Source: Podarcis pityusensis (Eukaryota). Taken from it: a DNA stretch of 64,000 bases. Below, piece by piece: positions 1-12,605 of this stretch; positions within the stretch are counted from its first letter, which is position 1, and each line of letters starts with the position of its first letter. Below the pieces are notes generated by a model. It ran no database searches and was not told where the DNA came from. It worked only from the letters and a program-made list of their open reading frames with translations. The DNA lies in the NCBI GenBank assembly GCA_964106645.2, contig OZ067047.1; one strand, written 5' to 3'. The translations under genes and the position numbers were made by a program.

Positions 1-1535
1 TTTCTCTTCCATACTACTCACCATCTTTGGTGCCCTCCCTTGTTTCCATTAGATTCATTCTATCTCCCTAAACCCTCAGTTCCTAGTCCCACCTTCCTTT
101 CAAAACAGTCACTGCATTTGTCTGGCTAGCCCAACCAACTATCCTCCCCACATCACAGCAACTTCACTGACAATCTACTCTACAGCTAACCCTTTTCCAT
201 CACCAGCTAAATGTTTGTGAAGGTCACATGAAGTTTGGGTATAGAGATGCATAGCCTATGTCACATAGGCTTGATGTGGGCACCCTGAACCAAAAAAGGG
301 CAATAAAATTTCATCACAGCAACATATCCAATAATCAGTGAGCAGGAATTCATAAATAACAGGTAGCAGGCATGCAGCCTCTCTTATTAAATATTTTATC
401 TTGGAAGCAAGCTGTGTAACCAGCTCCAAACCTGCAAGTTCTCAATTGCTAAGGATTGTCATTTAATTATATCATCACTCAGATATAATTAATCTGCTGC
501 TTTAAATATAGCCGCAGGGATTAACCATGACTCAAATTAATGGCTGTTCTTGTATCTTATGAGACCGACTGGACATTCCTGCTAACTCCCCAGAATGAGA
601 GTTCCTTGAGGACTGTTTAGATTACCCTACTCGCTCGCCTCTCAAAAGATCTTAGCTGCAAAGATTATAAAAAGCTTTGCAAAACTCTCCCCTTAGGATA
701 CGTCGCGGGGACAGTCTGTGCAGAGTGAATCAATGCCATAGGCCAAGCAGTGTTTGTATATGCTTCAATGTATCCAGGCAAAGTCTTTTTAACTTTCCAT
801 CCTACGGACGGAGCTGTACTTTCCTGAACGTCAGCCAGGAAAAAATTTGTACATTTGGCAGCTGGACTGTGGGAAGCCTGGTTTAAGACCAACCCAACTC
901 CTGCAGCACAGACCCCCTCCCCTTTAAAAAATAAAATAAAAGGACAGAGGATTCAAACACCTTCCTTTGTTTCACTCTAAAAAGGAGCAGAAACGGAGCC
1001 CCAAGATCCTAATCAGCTTCCATTGTATAAGCTCCAGGCCTTTCCATGAGTGCATTGCATTTCTTGGCAGGCCGGCTCCTTATTATTTTTTCAGATGTAA
1101 AACCAATTAGAATGGATTCATTTTTATCAGGGTGTTAATGCTCCAGTGCTCAGGCATTCTGCTGGCGTTCAGCCACCATAGGGGTTGTTGGGGGCTGTTG
1201 TTGTTGTTTTTCAGTTCCCTGGGGCAATGCCTGACAAATTAAGATAAAGTCACGACTTAAATGCTCCCCTCTGAAGTGAAAAAAAAACAAAAACAGCTTC
1301 CTTGTCTCATTAATTGGATGAAGTCAATTTCCATGTTGGTTTTCTTTTCTCAAACATAGCACTCCCCATGCAGCCTGGTGGTTCCTCTTGATGGAATGCG
1401 AGGGAGAGAAGAACCTGGCTGTCAGGTTTCACCTAAGCTGTTCAGGCTCTTGGAAACATCCTAGTAACAAACAGAGTCGCTTGCCAAGCCTGTGGTGTTT
1501 CTCTTCAAGGAACTCCCTCTGAAGAGCTGGAATTT

Positions 1536-1563
1536 GGAGGAGGAGGAGGAGGAGGAGGAGGAG
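1536..1563. repeat. (GGA)n microsatellite
   Basis: Run of about 9 GGA units read directly. Confidence 0.95.
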
Positions 1564-1607
1564 AAAGGGTGGAAAAATGTCAATGTTAGGGCAGCACTTT
1601 GACTTAC

Positions 1608-1922
1608 CTTAAAGAAACACCCTAAACATTCCAGCCATTACATCTGTATTAGTCAGCACCATCGAATAGGTGTTGGCCTTTGCAACTTCAGTGGAAAGTG
1701 CACGATGTTTCCCCGTTTTGTTTTCCAAGGGGCAGGACACTCAAGTTCAAGCAGCCGTGGGTTATATCGATGCATATTTTCCTTGCCGATCCTTCAAGCA
1801 CGAAGTGGCACTGGTATGTGGGATTCCCCCACCACCACCACTCCCAGGCCTTATAAAAAAATATCTTGTAACAAACAACATTTGCCATGGCAATGCAATG
1901 CCACCAGGAAAGGGAATGCAAG
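1608..1922 (-). other. Candidate non-coding/5'UTR exon of an unidentified minus-strand gene
   Basis: Perfect minus-strand donor AAG|GTAAGT at 1608/1607. Pyrimidine-rich acceptor ctctcctctttactcactccacAG| at 1923/1922. All three frames contain a stop within the exon. Confidence 0.35.
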
Positions 1923-3220
1923 CTGTGGAGTGAGTAAAGAGGAGAGGCAAAACTCACAGCATGGGGAATGCCTGCAAGACATAGCTGAAGGTCCAGAGGA
2001 GAAGAAAAGATAGCAACCATATTTGCCGTAGGAGGATAACTGATAAAACATGGGACTTGTGGCTGCTGGTGCCGGGAATATACATTCCTGCTTTCTTCTG
2101 TGCCATAAAATGAAGTTCCAGTTTCCCAAGCAAAACTGACTTCATTAAAAGGGCAGATAGTGAACATGCCTCTTCCAAATATATTATTTTCCCCACCATC
2201 GGCTAGCTGTTTAGAGGGGAGCTTGCTATAGGAAGCAGGTCATATTCCAAAGACTGTTGAACTTCATGCATTGCATACATTTCGTTTTGCTACAGCGCTG
2301 TAGTTGTGAACTCTCTCACAAGCTGGGCCAGTTCAAGACATTTTGCTGCCTGAGGCAAAGGGCACACCCCAGCTCCACGAACAGAAAATGATCCAACTAG
2401 CAGCTGAATCTTGCTTTAACACTGGCAACAAGATAGCTTCCTCTGGTGCTCCTGAGGGTGCAGGCTTGATTAAGGGGTTCGTGGCAGGGATACATAGATC
2501 CGATCCTCCAACAGTGGGTGTGGCTGGAGGACTCCAGAGGACTGGGTGGAGGTATTGCCACTGCTGTCCCACAGCATCTGTTGCCTGAAGCAATTGCCTA
2601 CTCTGCCTAATGGCAGAGCCGTTTCCAAATTCCTAAAGGCCCACAGAAGATACCACACACACATACATTTGTTGCTAACATGTACCAACTCGCTTCCATT
2701 TGGGAGTCCCTGCAATCAGAACCTTGGCTCAAAAGCCTCCATTGTGTCTGGAAACGTTAGCTGGCAAGGTCTAGTAAGCTAGAACAAAACGTATTTGCAG
2801 CTCCAGGCTGACTCTATTGAAATGGAAAATGGAGTGTCCCACCCACTACGCATTGGCCTAAGACCACTTGGAACCATTACTGTCTAATCTACTTCCACTT
2901 CCTAATTCAATCAAGACAACATTGTAACACTTATCAGAGGGCTATGGAAAACCCTAAATTCTCATCTCAAGTGACTTCTCAAGTTGTATTGTAATACACC
3001 CACCAAGCAGCTAGAATCACTCTCTGATTCTTTTGATTAAAAAGGATAGTTATTCATCCTTCACTTTGTTCACCTGGAAATATAAGATTTCAGGACTGGC
3101 ATATCCATTTCATACACAGTCAACCCAAGCTGAGCATGAGACTCTCGGTCTCAAGGTTGTGGCTTTGAGCCCCATATTTTATGATGTTTTTAGTCGAATT
3201 GCTCCTTCTTGCCAACTCTA

Positions 3221-3593
3221 GTTAAAGGACCCCATGGCAGTTACATCCAGTCAAAGGCGATTATGGGGTGCGACGCTCATCTTGCTTCAGGCCAAGGGAG
3301 CCAGTGTTTGTCCACAGAAAGCTTTCTGGGTCATGTGGCTAGCATGACTAAACCGCTTCTGGCACAACGGAACACCGTGACAGAAACCAGAGCACACAGA
3401 AACACCGTTTACCTTCCCGCTGCAGTGGTACCTATTTATCTACTTGCACTGGTGTGCTTTCGAACTGCTAGGGTGGCAGAAGCTGGGACAGAGCAACGGG
3501 AGCTCACTCTGTCATGCGGATTCAAACCGCTGACCTTCTGATCAGCAAGCCCAAGAGGCTCAGTGGTTTAGACGAAAGCACCACCCGCTCCCC
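3221..3593 (-). mobile_element. Sauria SINE (Squam1), older near-full-length copy
   Basis: Contains family hallmarks GGTACCTATTTATCTACTTGCACT and GGGAGCTCAC, with a tRNA-like head at the right end. Homologous to six other copies in the window. Confidence 0.9.
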
Positions 3594-3669
3594 TTGTCAA
3601 CGTGATATAGAAGCCTTCTTTGAATATCCCCAGAGTATCTGCAAGATAGTCTGTAGTCCTGGGCATCTT

Positions 3670-3805
3670 ATAGAATCATAGAATCAGAATCGTAGAGTTG
3701 GAAAGGACCATGACGGTCATTTAGCCCAACTCCCTGCAATGCAGGAATTTTTCGCCCAATGTGGGGCTGAGTTTAAAAGTCCCAGTGCTCTACCAACCAA
3801 GCTAT
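3670..3805 (-). mobile_element. tRNA-headed SINE with CR1-type 3' tail
   Basis: (ATAGAATC)n tail plus gagttggaaaggacc...ccctgcaatgcagg CR1 3' end, followed by a degenerate tRNA-like head. Confidence 0.65.
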
Positions 3806-4602
3806 GATAACACCCACAAAACAGCTGATTTTGAGGTAAGTGAATGGCGGAGACACTGTTGTCAATTCAGTACAGCTCTAGACTTTGTACTTTTAAAAAT
3901 GGTTGCAGCTTCTACCTGCCTTCATTCTGCAAGGCAGCATGACCTCAATCCATTTCCTCTGGAGTAGTTGCATTGAAACCAGTGGTACTAAAGAACTCTA
4001 TAATGAGGTTAACTTGGAGACTACTGTTTAGCTTTTATTTGACCAAAAGCTTGATTTTCCATTTGTGAACCTATAATGGAAGCTGAATAAATCCCTTGAC
4101 TTAATGTTACAGTTCACAGGGGTGTGGTGTACCAAAGAACAGAAACTGTGTCTTATTTTTTCAATCCAAAAAGCCTTTGCCGCCCTACGGGCATACTCTG
4201 CAGCATGGCTCTCACATGTTCTCTTGGGTTTGGATCAGATGCTCAAATGACTCACCCCCTTCTGAACATCTGCCAAAGATAAGGCCGTAATGAGAGAGTC
4301 TAGCATGCCTGTCCAAGGAAACCTCTAAACTCCTTGTGGGTAGGGGATTTTACATATGGAATGGAGGGGCATAATTCTAAATTACATTATAGCAATGTTC
4401 AGGCATTGTTCCTGAACAGAGAACTGCAACCTGAGTAGGGTTTTGTGGGCTGTGTGCACCAGCCCACATTGTCTCCCTGACTGCCAGCTGGGTCTACTCC
4501 ATCCCTCAGCCTTCCTGTGGTGAGTGGGAAGGTCTGAAGGAGATTTCAAAGCATGCTCAGTTGAACACACTTAGAAGCCTCTGCACAGCCAAGAACCTGA
4601 AA

Positions 4603-4829
4603 CAGTGTGTGGTGTAATGGTTAGAGTACTGGGCGAGGAGACCAGGGTTTGAATCCTCACTTAGCCATGAAGCTCACTGGGTGACCTTGGGCCAGTCACC
4701 CTCTCTCAGTCTAAACTACCTCAAAGGGTTATTGTGAGGGTGAAATGGGGAAGAAGAACTCCTTGAACTATGAACACCACCTTGAACTCCTTGGAAGAAA
4801 AGATGGCGTAGAAATGGAATAATTAAATA
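4603..4829 (+). mobile_element. MIR/CORE-type SINE (Squam3-like)
   Basis: A-box-like TGGTGTAATGG, B-box-like GGTTTGAATCC, CORE motif GGGTGACCTTGGGCCAGTCA and an A-rich tail. Paralogous to 47108-47333. Confidence 0.8.
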
Positions 4830-6414
4830 CCCTATTTGTTTAAACTCTGATCTACCCCAATCATATACAACACTAGGGTTAAGGGTTCCTTTAAGAACAA
4901 TGGATGGAAGAAGCTGATCTTTCCTTACTCCCCACCACTAAATTCTCAATACCCTCTCCCTCCTGCCCCAAATAATTTTCTCCCAGTCAAGCTAATTTCC
5001 AGTATTTCAGACCACTGTAAAATCAGAGTTCTAGGGTTAACAGACTGCTGGAAGTTTTCTGTCCCTCACACACACATCTGTGTGATTGTTTTCGTCCCCC
5101 ACTTTGTTCTTCTCTGGAGCAGTCTTGAGTTTAAACAAGTGAGTATGCTACTGTTATAGATAGTTTGGCTCCAAATTAGCTAGGTGGTTTAAGATGCTGA
5201 ACTCAAGGGAGAGAAAAGTTATATCTTAAGAAAAGCAGAAAAAGGACAAAAATAATAGTTGATTTGACTTGATGTATTAACAGCAGCTTTATTCTATTTA
5301 ATAGATCAACAGAAAAAGAATACCACAGTGAAAGAAAGAAACGTAAAGACTGTCAAAGTCATTTTCTAAAGTTATTTTATTGCAGTCTTGATTCCCTCAA
5401 AGGGTGCAAATAAACGGTTTTCCACAGCTGCAAACACAGAAAATTAACCACACGGATTAAAGCTTCAAGTGCATATCAAAACACTGAATCATTTCCAGTT
5501 GGACTGGCACACTGAATTTTTACTGTTTCTCTAGATATATTGTGTTTGCACGTACTCGGAAAGTTGCCCTGGTATCCAAACAATCTGTCAGTCAGCAATG
5601 CAAGAATGCTGCACACTGAGCACAGCAAGCGTAAGGCTGAAATCCTGCACACCAAAAGTGAAGAAACCTTTCACTGTGAGGCTCGTTCCCTTCTCAGCAA
5701 CCTTATGGCACATGCCATCAGTGGGCAGGGTCTAAGGCAAAAGTGGAAGGAACAATGAATGCAAGCTTTACTTCTGCACAGTAAGCTAGGCTGCACACAC
5801 ATGTACACCTCTGTTGTCCAATGAGGCAAGCAAGAGACATTATCAGGACACATTCCAGTTGGGCAAAAATGCTAAAGGGAGATGAAAAGTAGGACCAGTG
5901 AGAGGCATGGTCTGGGGAGATAGCATAAGGTGAGAGTTCTGAGGCCAGATACAGAGACTTGGAAGGCTGTATGTGTCCCCCAGGTTCTCCACCTCTGATG
6001 TACACACTAACTTGAACATGACGTGCCTTGCTTCTGAGTAAATACGTACAGGACTGCACTGCACAGATGTGTTTAATGGACACATGTGGCACATTCTCAT
6101 AATAAGAACTCTTGTTTTAAAAGTGACCATGAGGTTCACCATATATGGCCGAGCAAACTGAGTTTTTGGCTTTTATGTGGTCTAGTTGCATGCCTGTCAG
6201 TGAAAGAAATTTCAGTATTTGTTGTACTACAATGAATTGACCACTCACGCAGTGGCAAAAAAGAGGAAATGCATTACCAAAAAAAGGGAAGACAGTTGAC
6301 ATATTTGCATAAAACTGGCATATGGCAATTTCTATGCATACATGCAAATTTAGAAATACTTACTGTAATTTCAATGAGATATGTCTCGCCATAGTGGGGA
6401 AGACTGTGACTAGG

Positions 6415-6843
6415 CGACCTCTTCCAAAGCAACTACTCTATTCCCAACTCAAGACTGGAAAGTGAAATACCAGTGGACAACAAAAAAGGTTTAAAGACTC
6501 TCTCAAAGCAAATCTAAAAACTTGTAACAAGAGCACTGATAACTGGGAAACAATGGCCTGAGAGAGCTCCACTTGGAGAACAGCCTTTACCAAAGGCGTC
6601 ATGGACTTTGAAGAAGCATGAACTCAGGGAGAAAAGGAGAAACGAACTAAGAGGAAGACACATTTGGCAAACCCTCATCGTGATCAACTCCCACCCGGAA
6701 ACCTATGCCCCCACTGTGGAAGGACGTGTGGATCCAGAATTGGCCTCCACAGTCACTTATGGACTCACAGTTAACTTGTGAAAGTTATAGACCATGTTCA
6801 TGGAAGACAATCTTACACAGCTATGAATGATCACCAAAGAAGT
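6415..6843 (+). mobile_element. RTE-clade LINE 3' fragment (pseudogenised ORF C-terminus)
   Basis: Translates as LPKQLLYSQLK..GQQKRFKDSLK..W..A..W...CPHCGRTCGSRIGLHSHLWTH with internal stops. This is a typical RTE C-terminus with a terminal C2H2 finger. Confidence 0.85.
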
Positions 6844-7353
6844 GCCTGTCCTGGTGTCAACAGTTGATGGTCTCTTCTTATGGTTCTTTAGCTAAAAACC
6901 AGACTTTGGCAGGAAGGCCCTTCAAATACAGGGCTCATTCAAATAGAAAGCTATCCTCTGTAAAGTAGGACACATGGCCACCCCGATTACAACCCATCAG
7001 GCACATTCTATATGTATTTGCACTAGACCATCACCACAGTATCTTCTTGTTTCTATTTCTGCATCTGCAATGTGTCACCTTTTACAAAGCACAGACTATA
7101 TGTTCTGTAATGATTGTACATTATTTATATACAGTATTGCAATGGGAGAAGTGGGGGCATCAAGAGCAGGATACACATAATGAAAGGAAGGTGATTTGTT
7201 TATTTTATTTAATGATCAGCAGCCCTGGGGGGAGGGTTCCTCTTCTGCAGGCACTTATCCATAAGGCCAAAGGTCCTACATTCCCACTGCTGCCACCACT
7301 TTATACAATTGCATGCCAATTAATACTTGCAACAAGGGCCAAGACAAAACCTA

Positions 7354-7830
7354 CCGTATTTTTTGCTCTATAGGACGCACCTGACCATAGGACACACCTT
7401 GTTTCAGAGGGGGAGAAGAGAACAAGAAAAAAAAATCTCCCCCTCTCTGCTCAGCGCCCCTTCAGCGAAGCAGCAGGAGAAACGGAGCCCCTTCCATTTC
7501 TCCTCCCACTTGGCTGAAGGGGCGCTGCGCAGCTCTCCCTCTCTGCTGAAGCCAGGAGAGTCTTGCTGTGTTCCAGAGGCTTCAGGCAGCTATCCCTGAA
7601 GCCTGGAGAGCGAGAGGGGTCAGTGCGCACCAACCCCTCTCACTCTCCAGGCTTCAGCGAAAGCAACGCGAAGCCTCCAGAGCACGGAGGGAGCGCTCCC
7701 CCTGCACTTTGGAGGCTTCGCGTTGCTATCGCTGAAGCCAAGGAGCCTGCATTCGCTCCATAGGAAGCACACACATTTCCCCTTAATTTTGGGAGGGGGA
7801 AAAGTGCGTCCTATAGAGCGAAAAATACGG
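7354..7830. mobile_element. Tc1/mariner-superfamily (Tc2/pogo-like) MITE
   Basis: 27-bp TIR CCGTATTTTT(T/C)GCTCTATAGGACGCAC with 1 mismatch, TA on both sides, and a GC-rich palindromic interior. Confidence 0.9.
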
Positions 7831-8654
7831 TATGCAATTATTCATTTTCACTTCCTACGTACATACAAATAACTCATCCCTTGTCCTTCTTCCACTTGCT
7901 GACCTCCCAGACAGCACTCCAGTCCCAACCTGAACAGCACCTCCACTCTGCCGAAATCCATTCCCAGTTCAGCCATCAGAGCAGAGCAAATCAAGGCAGA
8001 GCTGGTGGGAGGTTAGCAAGTGGAGCAAGCAGGGGGCAGAGCCCTCTCGTCATAAAATGGAGACTCTTTCTCTTCCCAGAGACAGGGAAAGGATATTAAT
8101 GTAATAAATGTGATACAAGTCCAGTTCCAAATCACTTTTGACCTGTTGTGATAGATGGGGCTTGTCTCACTGAGAGTTTGGAATTCTCTAAAAGCACTCC
8201 ATATAAATGAGTAAAAAATATATCCATAAATAGTGAACAACTGGGGGCGACCACAGCCAACTATAGATGAGAAACAAGGAAGGAATTTTCCTGCAAACAA
8301 GGGCCTCTAGGGACCATTCCCTTATTTCCAACCTCTTCAAGCTGCAAAATGGTGATGAACCACAAGCGGTTTCCATGACCTAATGCCCTGGTGGATGCCC
8401 AGGCTGGGGGGAAGATTTGCATTGTGAGAGGGCTAAGTGAAACTACACTGTGTTTCATCTTTCCCCAGTTTGTAACAGTAGCCAATCTCCAAAGGAGTGT
8501 TTCTACTTGTTTTGCATCAAAGTAATTACAACAGTTTAAACATCAGGAGTCTGTATTACAAGGATTAGAACAGGGCAAGGACAAATTGCGCAGTTCCTGC
8601 AGGCTTCTCTATGCTTTCCTGGAGCTTCCAAACATGTGTAATTGTGGTAAAGTG

Positions 8655-8748
8655 GTAAAGGTATCTGAAGAAGTGTGCTTGCACACGAAAGCTCATACCA
8701 AGAACTAACTTAGTTGGTCTTAAAGGTGCTACTGGAAGGATTTTTTTT
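8655..8748 (+). mobile_element. Penelope-like element (PLE) terminal-repeat fragment
   Basis: Flanked by the 14-bp direct repeat ATTGTGGTAAAGTG (8641-8654, 8749-8762). Contains a hammerhead core followed by ttagttggtcttaaaggtgctactgga, which resembles recalled reptile PLE termini. Confidence 0.8.
8660..8699 (+). ncRNA. Minimal type I hammerhead ribozyme motif
   Basis: Stem I GGTAT(8660-64)/ATACC(8695-99). Core CTGAAGA(8665-71) plus an extra A. Stem II GTGTGC-tt-GCACAC(8673-86). GAAA(8687-90). Minimal palindromic stem III AGCT. Predicted cleavage after C8694. Confidence 0.75.
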
Positions 8749-10092
8749 ATTGTGGTAAAGTGAACAGTTACACAATTATTCGCATGTTGCAACCTTCATG
8801 GGTGTGGAGGGGAAGACATGAAAATGTCCCCAAAACTTGCAAACATCACAGGAACCAAATATGCGAGGACTTGATAAATTTACAAAAAAGGTAGGGGTGG
8901 GGGTGTATTAGAGATGTTCACAGAAGCAGCTGAGTATGAGCAAAAGTAGGCTGCCCTTGTGTAAGTGAATTAGGACCAAACTACTTGTGATATTTGCACT
9001 TCGAGGGCAGTAGCGTAGTGGCAAATTCAGAAATGCAGGGGGCCTTATAACAGCCACAGTCACACACCCTTCTAAGATTGTGCAATAATCTTATATAATA
9101 AGAAGAACAATAATAATTAGGGATGCTTTGCAGGGATCAATGCAAATCTCCATGTTTTGCCTTTTAGGTAGACCTATGCACATACATGGGCAATTTCCTT
9201 GGAGCACTCCAATATCTTCTTTCAGAGTGACATAGGTTGTGTTTCCCTTGAAGGGGGGCAAGGGGCAAAATGGGCAGGGCAGATTTAGGTTGTGCTGGGG
9301 GGGGAGTTTCCCACCTTAAGTTCACAGTGCATGTTCATCATCTGATGAATGCAACATCAAGTGATGACTTAAGAGATGTGAAACCACCATTCAGAATCAA
9401 GTGCCACAAACAGCTGTCATACCACATGTTAGCACCACATTCAGCTGTTACTACTGGGTGACACTAAGTCATTGAAGGCTATGAAGGGACGAAGATCCAT
9501 GTATAAACCAGCCCATGAGAATAGCCGCATTGGCTGCTAGAGCAATTCTGCCTTTAATCTCTTCTGGTTTCTGGCTGTTGTCCTTGGCTAACCTCTGTGA
9601 AATTGTCTAAAACACTCTAGAATTTGCATTTGTATTCAATTGAATATTGTGATGTCAAAATTCTGGGAACTGAAGAGGCAGGGCTTGGCCTAGTTCTCTT
9701 TGGCTGTCAATGTACGCCTTTCTCACTCACTGAAAATCTGTGTTTTTAATTATTATTTCCCCTCCAGATGTGTCAGCCTACATTTTTCCACACTGAATCC
9801 TGTTTTGTCATTTCCCGTGCGCATTTCTACTGTTTAAAAAAAGTTTTGTTGTTCTGCGAAATGGGAGAAAGAGGGGGAGAAACAAAAGGGGGTGAGATTT
9901 GAATAGGCATTATTAAAAAAATTAACCCCACTTGCTCATTTATGCTGTCCAAAAGGTGTCAACAATAAAAGGAAGCATAGTACAAAATTTCAATTTATGT
10001 TTCACACAGGGTGCAAGTAAGCATACTTGTGGTGAGCCCCAAATCAAGAGAGTCATGGCAGATTATGCTATGTGAATAGTGATTAGCAAATA

Positions 10093-10127
<35 letters not shown>
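10093..10127. repeat. (TTA)n microsatellite
   Basis: Read directly. Confidence 0.95.
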
Positions 10128-10128
<1 letters not shown>

Positions 10129-10599
10129 AATTAAATTAATTCATCGCTTTCAAATAGTTGATAGAATAAAAAAGCATCATCATGTTTAAATGCCCAGCGA
10201 CAAAGCAATGATCAACCACTCTAGTTTTTGTAATGATGATTATGTGAAAGAACTGATCATTGGCTGCTGCAAATCTCTAAATAACTTCTTCCACATTCTG
10301 GACATGTGTCCTTGTCATTGAGTGGTGAGTGCAACAGTCCACCTCTTGCTAGGAATTTGAACGGTGAGGCGAAAGGGTCATGATTCAATCCAATATACAA
10401 AAAAAAAAAAAAACCCTGCAAAAAGGGGTTCTAAACATTTTTAAAATCCATGAAATAGAATGACTGATTATATGAAAACTTTACATTGTGAATATAAACA
10501 AATTAACATTAACATAACCCTTCAGGGGCATTCTCAGGACTGCTTACAGTCTTATAAACATTTAAAATTTTCTCTTGCGTACACAGCGGGAGTGAAATA

Positions 10600-10840
10600 C
10601 AGTGGTATCTCGGGTTACATACGCTTCAGGTTACATACGCCTCAGGTTACAGACTCCACTAAGCCAGAAATAGTGCTTCAGTTCAGAACTTTGCTTCAGG
10701 ATAAGAACAGAAATCAGGTTCCGGCAGCGCGGCGACAGCAGGAGGCCCCATTAGCTAAAGTGGTGCTTCAGGTTAAGAACAGTTTCAGGTTAAGAACAGA
10801 CCTCCGGAACGAATTAAGTACTTAACCCGAGGTACCACTG
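10600..10840 (+). mobile_element. Tigger/pogo-like Tc1/mariner MITE, copy 1
   Basis: TIR CAGTGGTA(T/C)CTCGGGTTA with TA TSD. Homologous to 30899-31123 and 40062-40272. Confidence 0.9.
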
Positions 10841-11711
10841 TAGTAACAAGGGCGGATTTTACCATCCTCTGAATGTATTTTGAAGTGTTAAAGCATGATT
10901 CTAGATATCTAAGTGGGCTTTCAGGAGATTTAATTATTACTTCATTGTTAATGCAAAATACCAGGTTGGGAATCTGCATCTAGACCCTATAACCCAAAGC
11001 AATGTCAACTCAAACACTGAGGTGTTTGTTGTACTTATCTTCCAGCATTTTATCTGCTTCAAGTTAACTGTGGCAGGGATCCCAAAAGGCCTCATATCAT
11101 AAAGGTTGGTGAACCTATTCTAGCACAAATAGGTTCACGAATTAGCCTAAGAATGATGAGTGGAGCTACTTGCCTTCTCAAGCTTGCCTGTGAATGCTCC
11201 TTTTCCTGGTACCCACCAAGACCTGCAGGTCTCCTTCACTCTCTGGAATGCTGTCCTGCACTGAAATTTATGAACTCAACAGCCTAAGAAAAATGGAAAA
11301 TCCCTGTTGTGCCTTGGGAATCGGAGCAACAGTTTTATCAAGCTATTCTTTCCCCCAAATAATCTAAAATAAGACTTGGCATAAGACACTTGCCAGCTGT
11401 TGCACATCTACCAATCCAGCCACATTTTTTTCATGTCGGAGAAGTTTCATAAAGGGCTACTCTTGGCCTTATTTGGATTAAACTTTGCATCATGTTGTAC
11501 AAGATTTTTTTATTATTGTTATTTGCAAGTTTATATGCTGCGAGCACTTCATTTTATTGGACCCAGATGTCAGCGCTGTTCTAGGCTCCCTTAATTACCA
11601 TAAATGCTAAATGCTAGGAGAAATGGAAAGGGAGTCTCTTTTGTGACAGTTTATATCAGATTCATGCAACACAGGGTATCACCATGACTTAAATTGCATT
11701 GTTTCAACTGT

Positions 11712-11903
11712 TAGGAACACAGTAAGCTGCCTTTTACCAAATCAAACCATTGGTCTGTCTAGCTCAATATTGTCCACCCTGATGAGCAAAGGCTATCCCA
11801 GGTTTCAAATGAGATGTTCTCAATCCTACCTAGAGATGCTGGGAATTCAACCTTAGACGTTCTGCATTCAAAAGAGATGCTCGTCTACTGAGCTATTCCC
11901 TCC
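11712..11903 (-). mobile_element. tRNA-derived SINE (Squam2/Anolis SINE2-like)
   Basis: Minus strand reads tagctcagtag..gcat..tgcagaa..ggttgaattcccagcatctc (tRNA-like head) and ends in ggcagcttac. Paralogous to 43591-44106. Confidence 0.7.
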
Positions 11904-12605
11904 TGCTCTGTTATCTGCCCTAAACTTTCAGAGTAGGACAGACTCTTCTTTTTCAACGTTCAAATTCTTAAAAAATAGAGTTACATTAACTAACATCAAA
12001 AATTATTTCATTGAGCAATTTTGAATTCTGTTGCTTTTCCATCAGGCTAAAGCAAGTACAGTAGAATGATTCAGCAGCCTTTGGTGGAAATTCAGTTTCC
12101 TACCTAACAAATGTTGCCATGTGATTGCATGCTGTGCTCATTAACCCGACATGCATTCTTAAATTATCACTGGCAAAAAGCACCAGATTGACATCACTGG
12201 AAAACAAGTTTCTTTGTCCCTCGAAGAACAGGGAGCAGCTAAGCCTCCCTCCTTATGCCATCTTCAAGGAATTTCTGTGCCCATTTTCTGGCGTAGTCGC
12301 TGCTGACTATTCTGACAAGGGTGCCAATTACTACCAATTAGAATGGCATTTTGTTTTATGTGGGCATGGACTCACTAGCAGCTGGACCAAAGAACTGTGA
12401 TTTCACAGATTTTTTTAAAGGCATGCAGGATTACGTCTTTGCGCTATATAATGCGATTTGTTTTTTCTGGCACCATGTTGCATTCTGTTTAAGCACACAG
12501 TCTCGCTCCACTCTGCTCATGAGGATGTGTTGCTGATCCTCATGTCTCGTGGAGAAGAAAATTAAATATCAAAAAACCTACATCTGTGATTAAAACACAG
12601 TTAGG

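Noticed and set aside
300-560. Cluster of TAAT/GGATTA/TGACTCA motifs suggesting an enhancer
   Set aside because: Short motifs are expected by chance in AT-rich DNA; cannot be supported without conservation data.
1688-2167. 159-aa minus-strand ORF with WWWW
   Set aside because: No recognisable homology; the W run comes from a (CCA)n repeat.
3127-3178. tRNA-Lys-like sequence, and other A/B-box heads in the window
   Set aside because: Degenerate SINE heads with no complete cloverleaf; not tRNA genes.
9008-9457. Possible hAT element with CAGTAGCGTAG/TTACTACTG ends
   Set aside because: No matching 8-bp TSD and uncertain boundaries.
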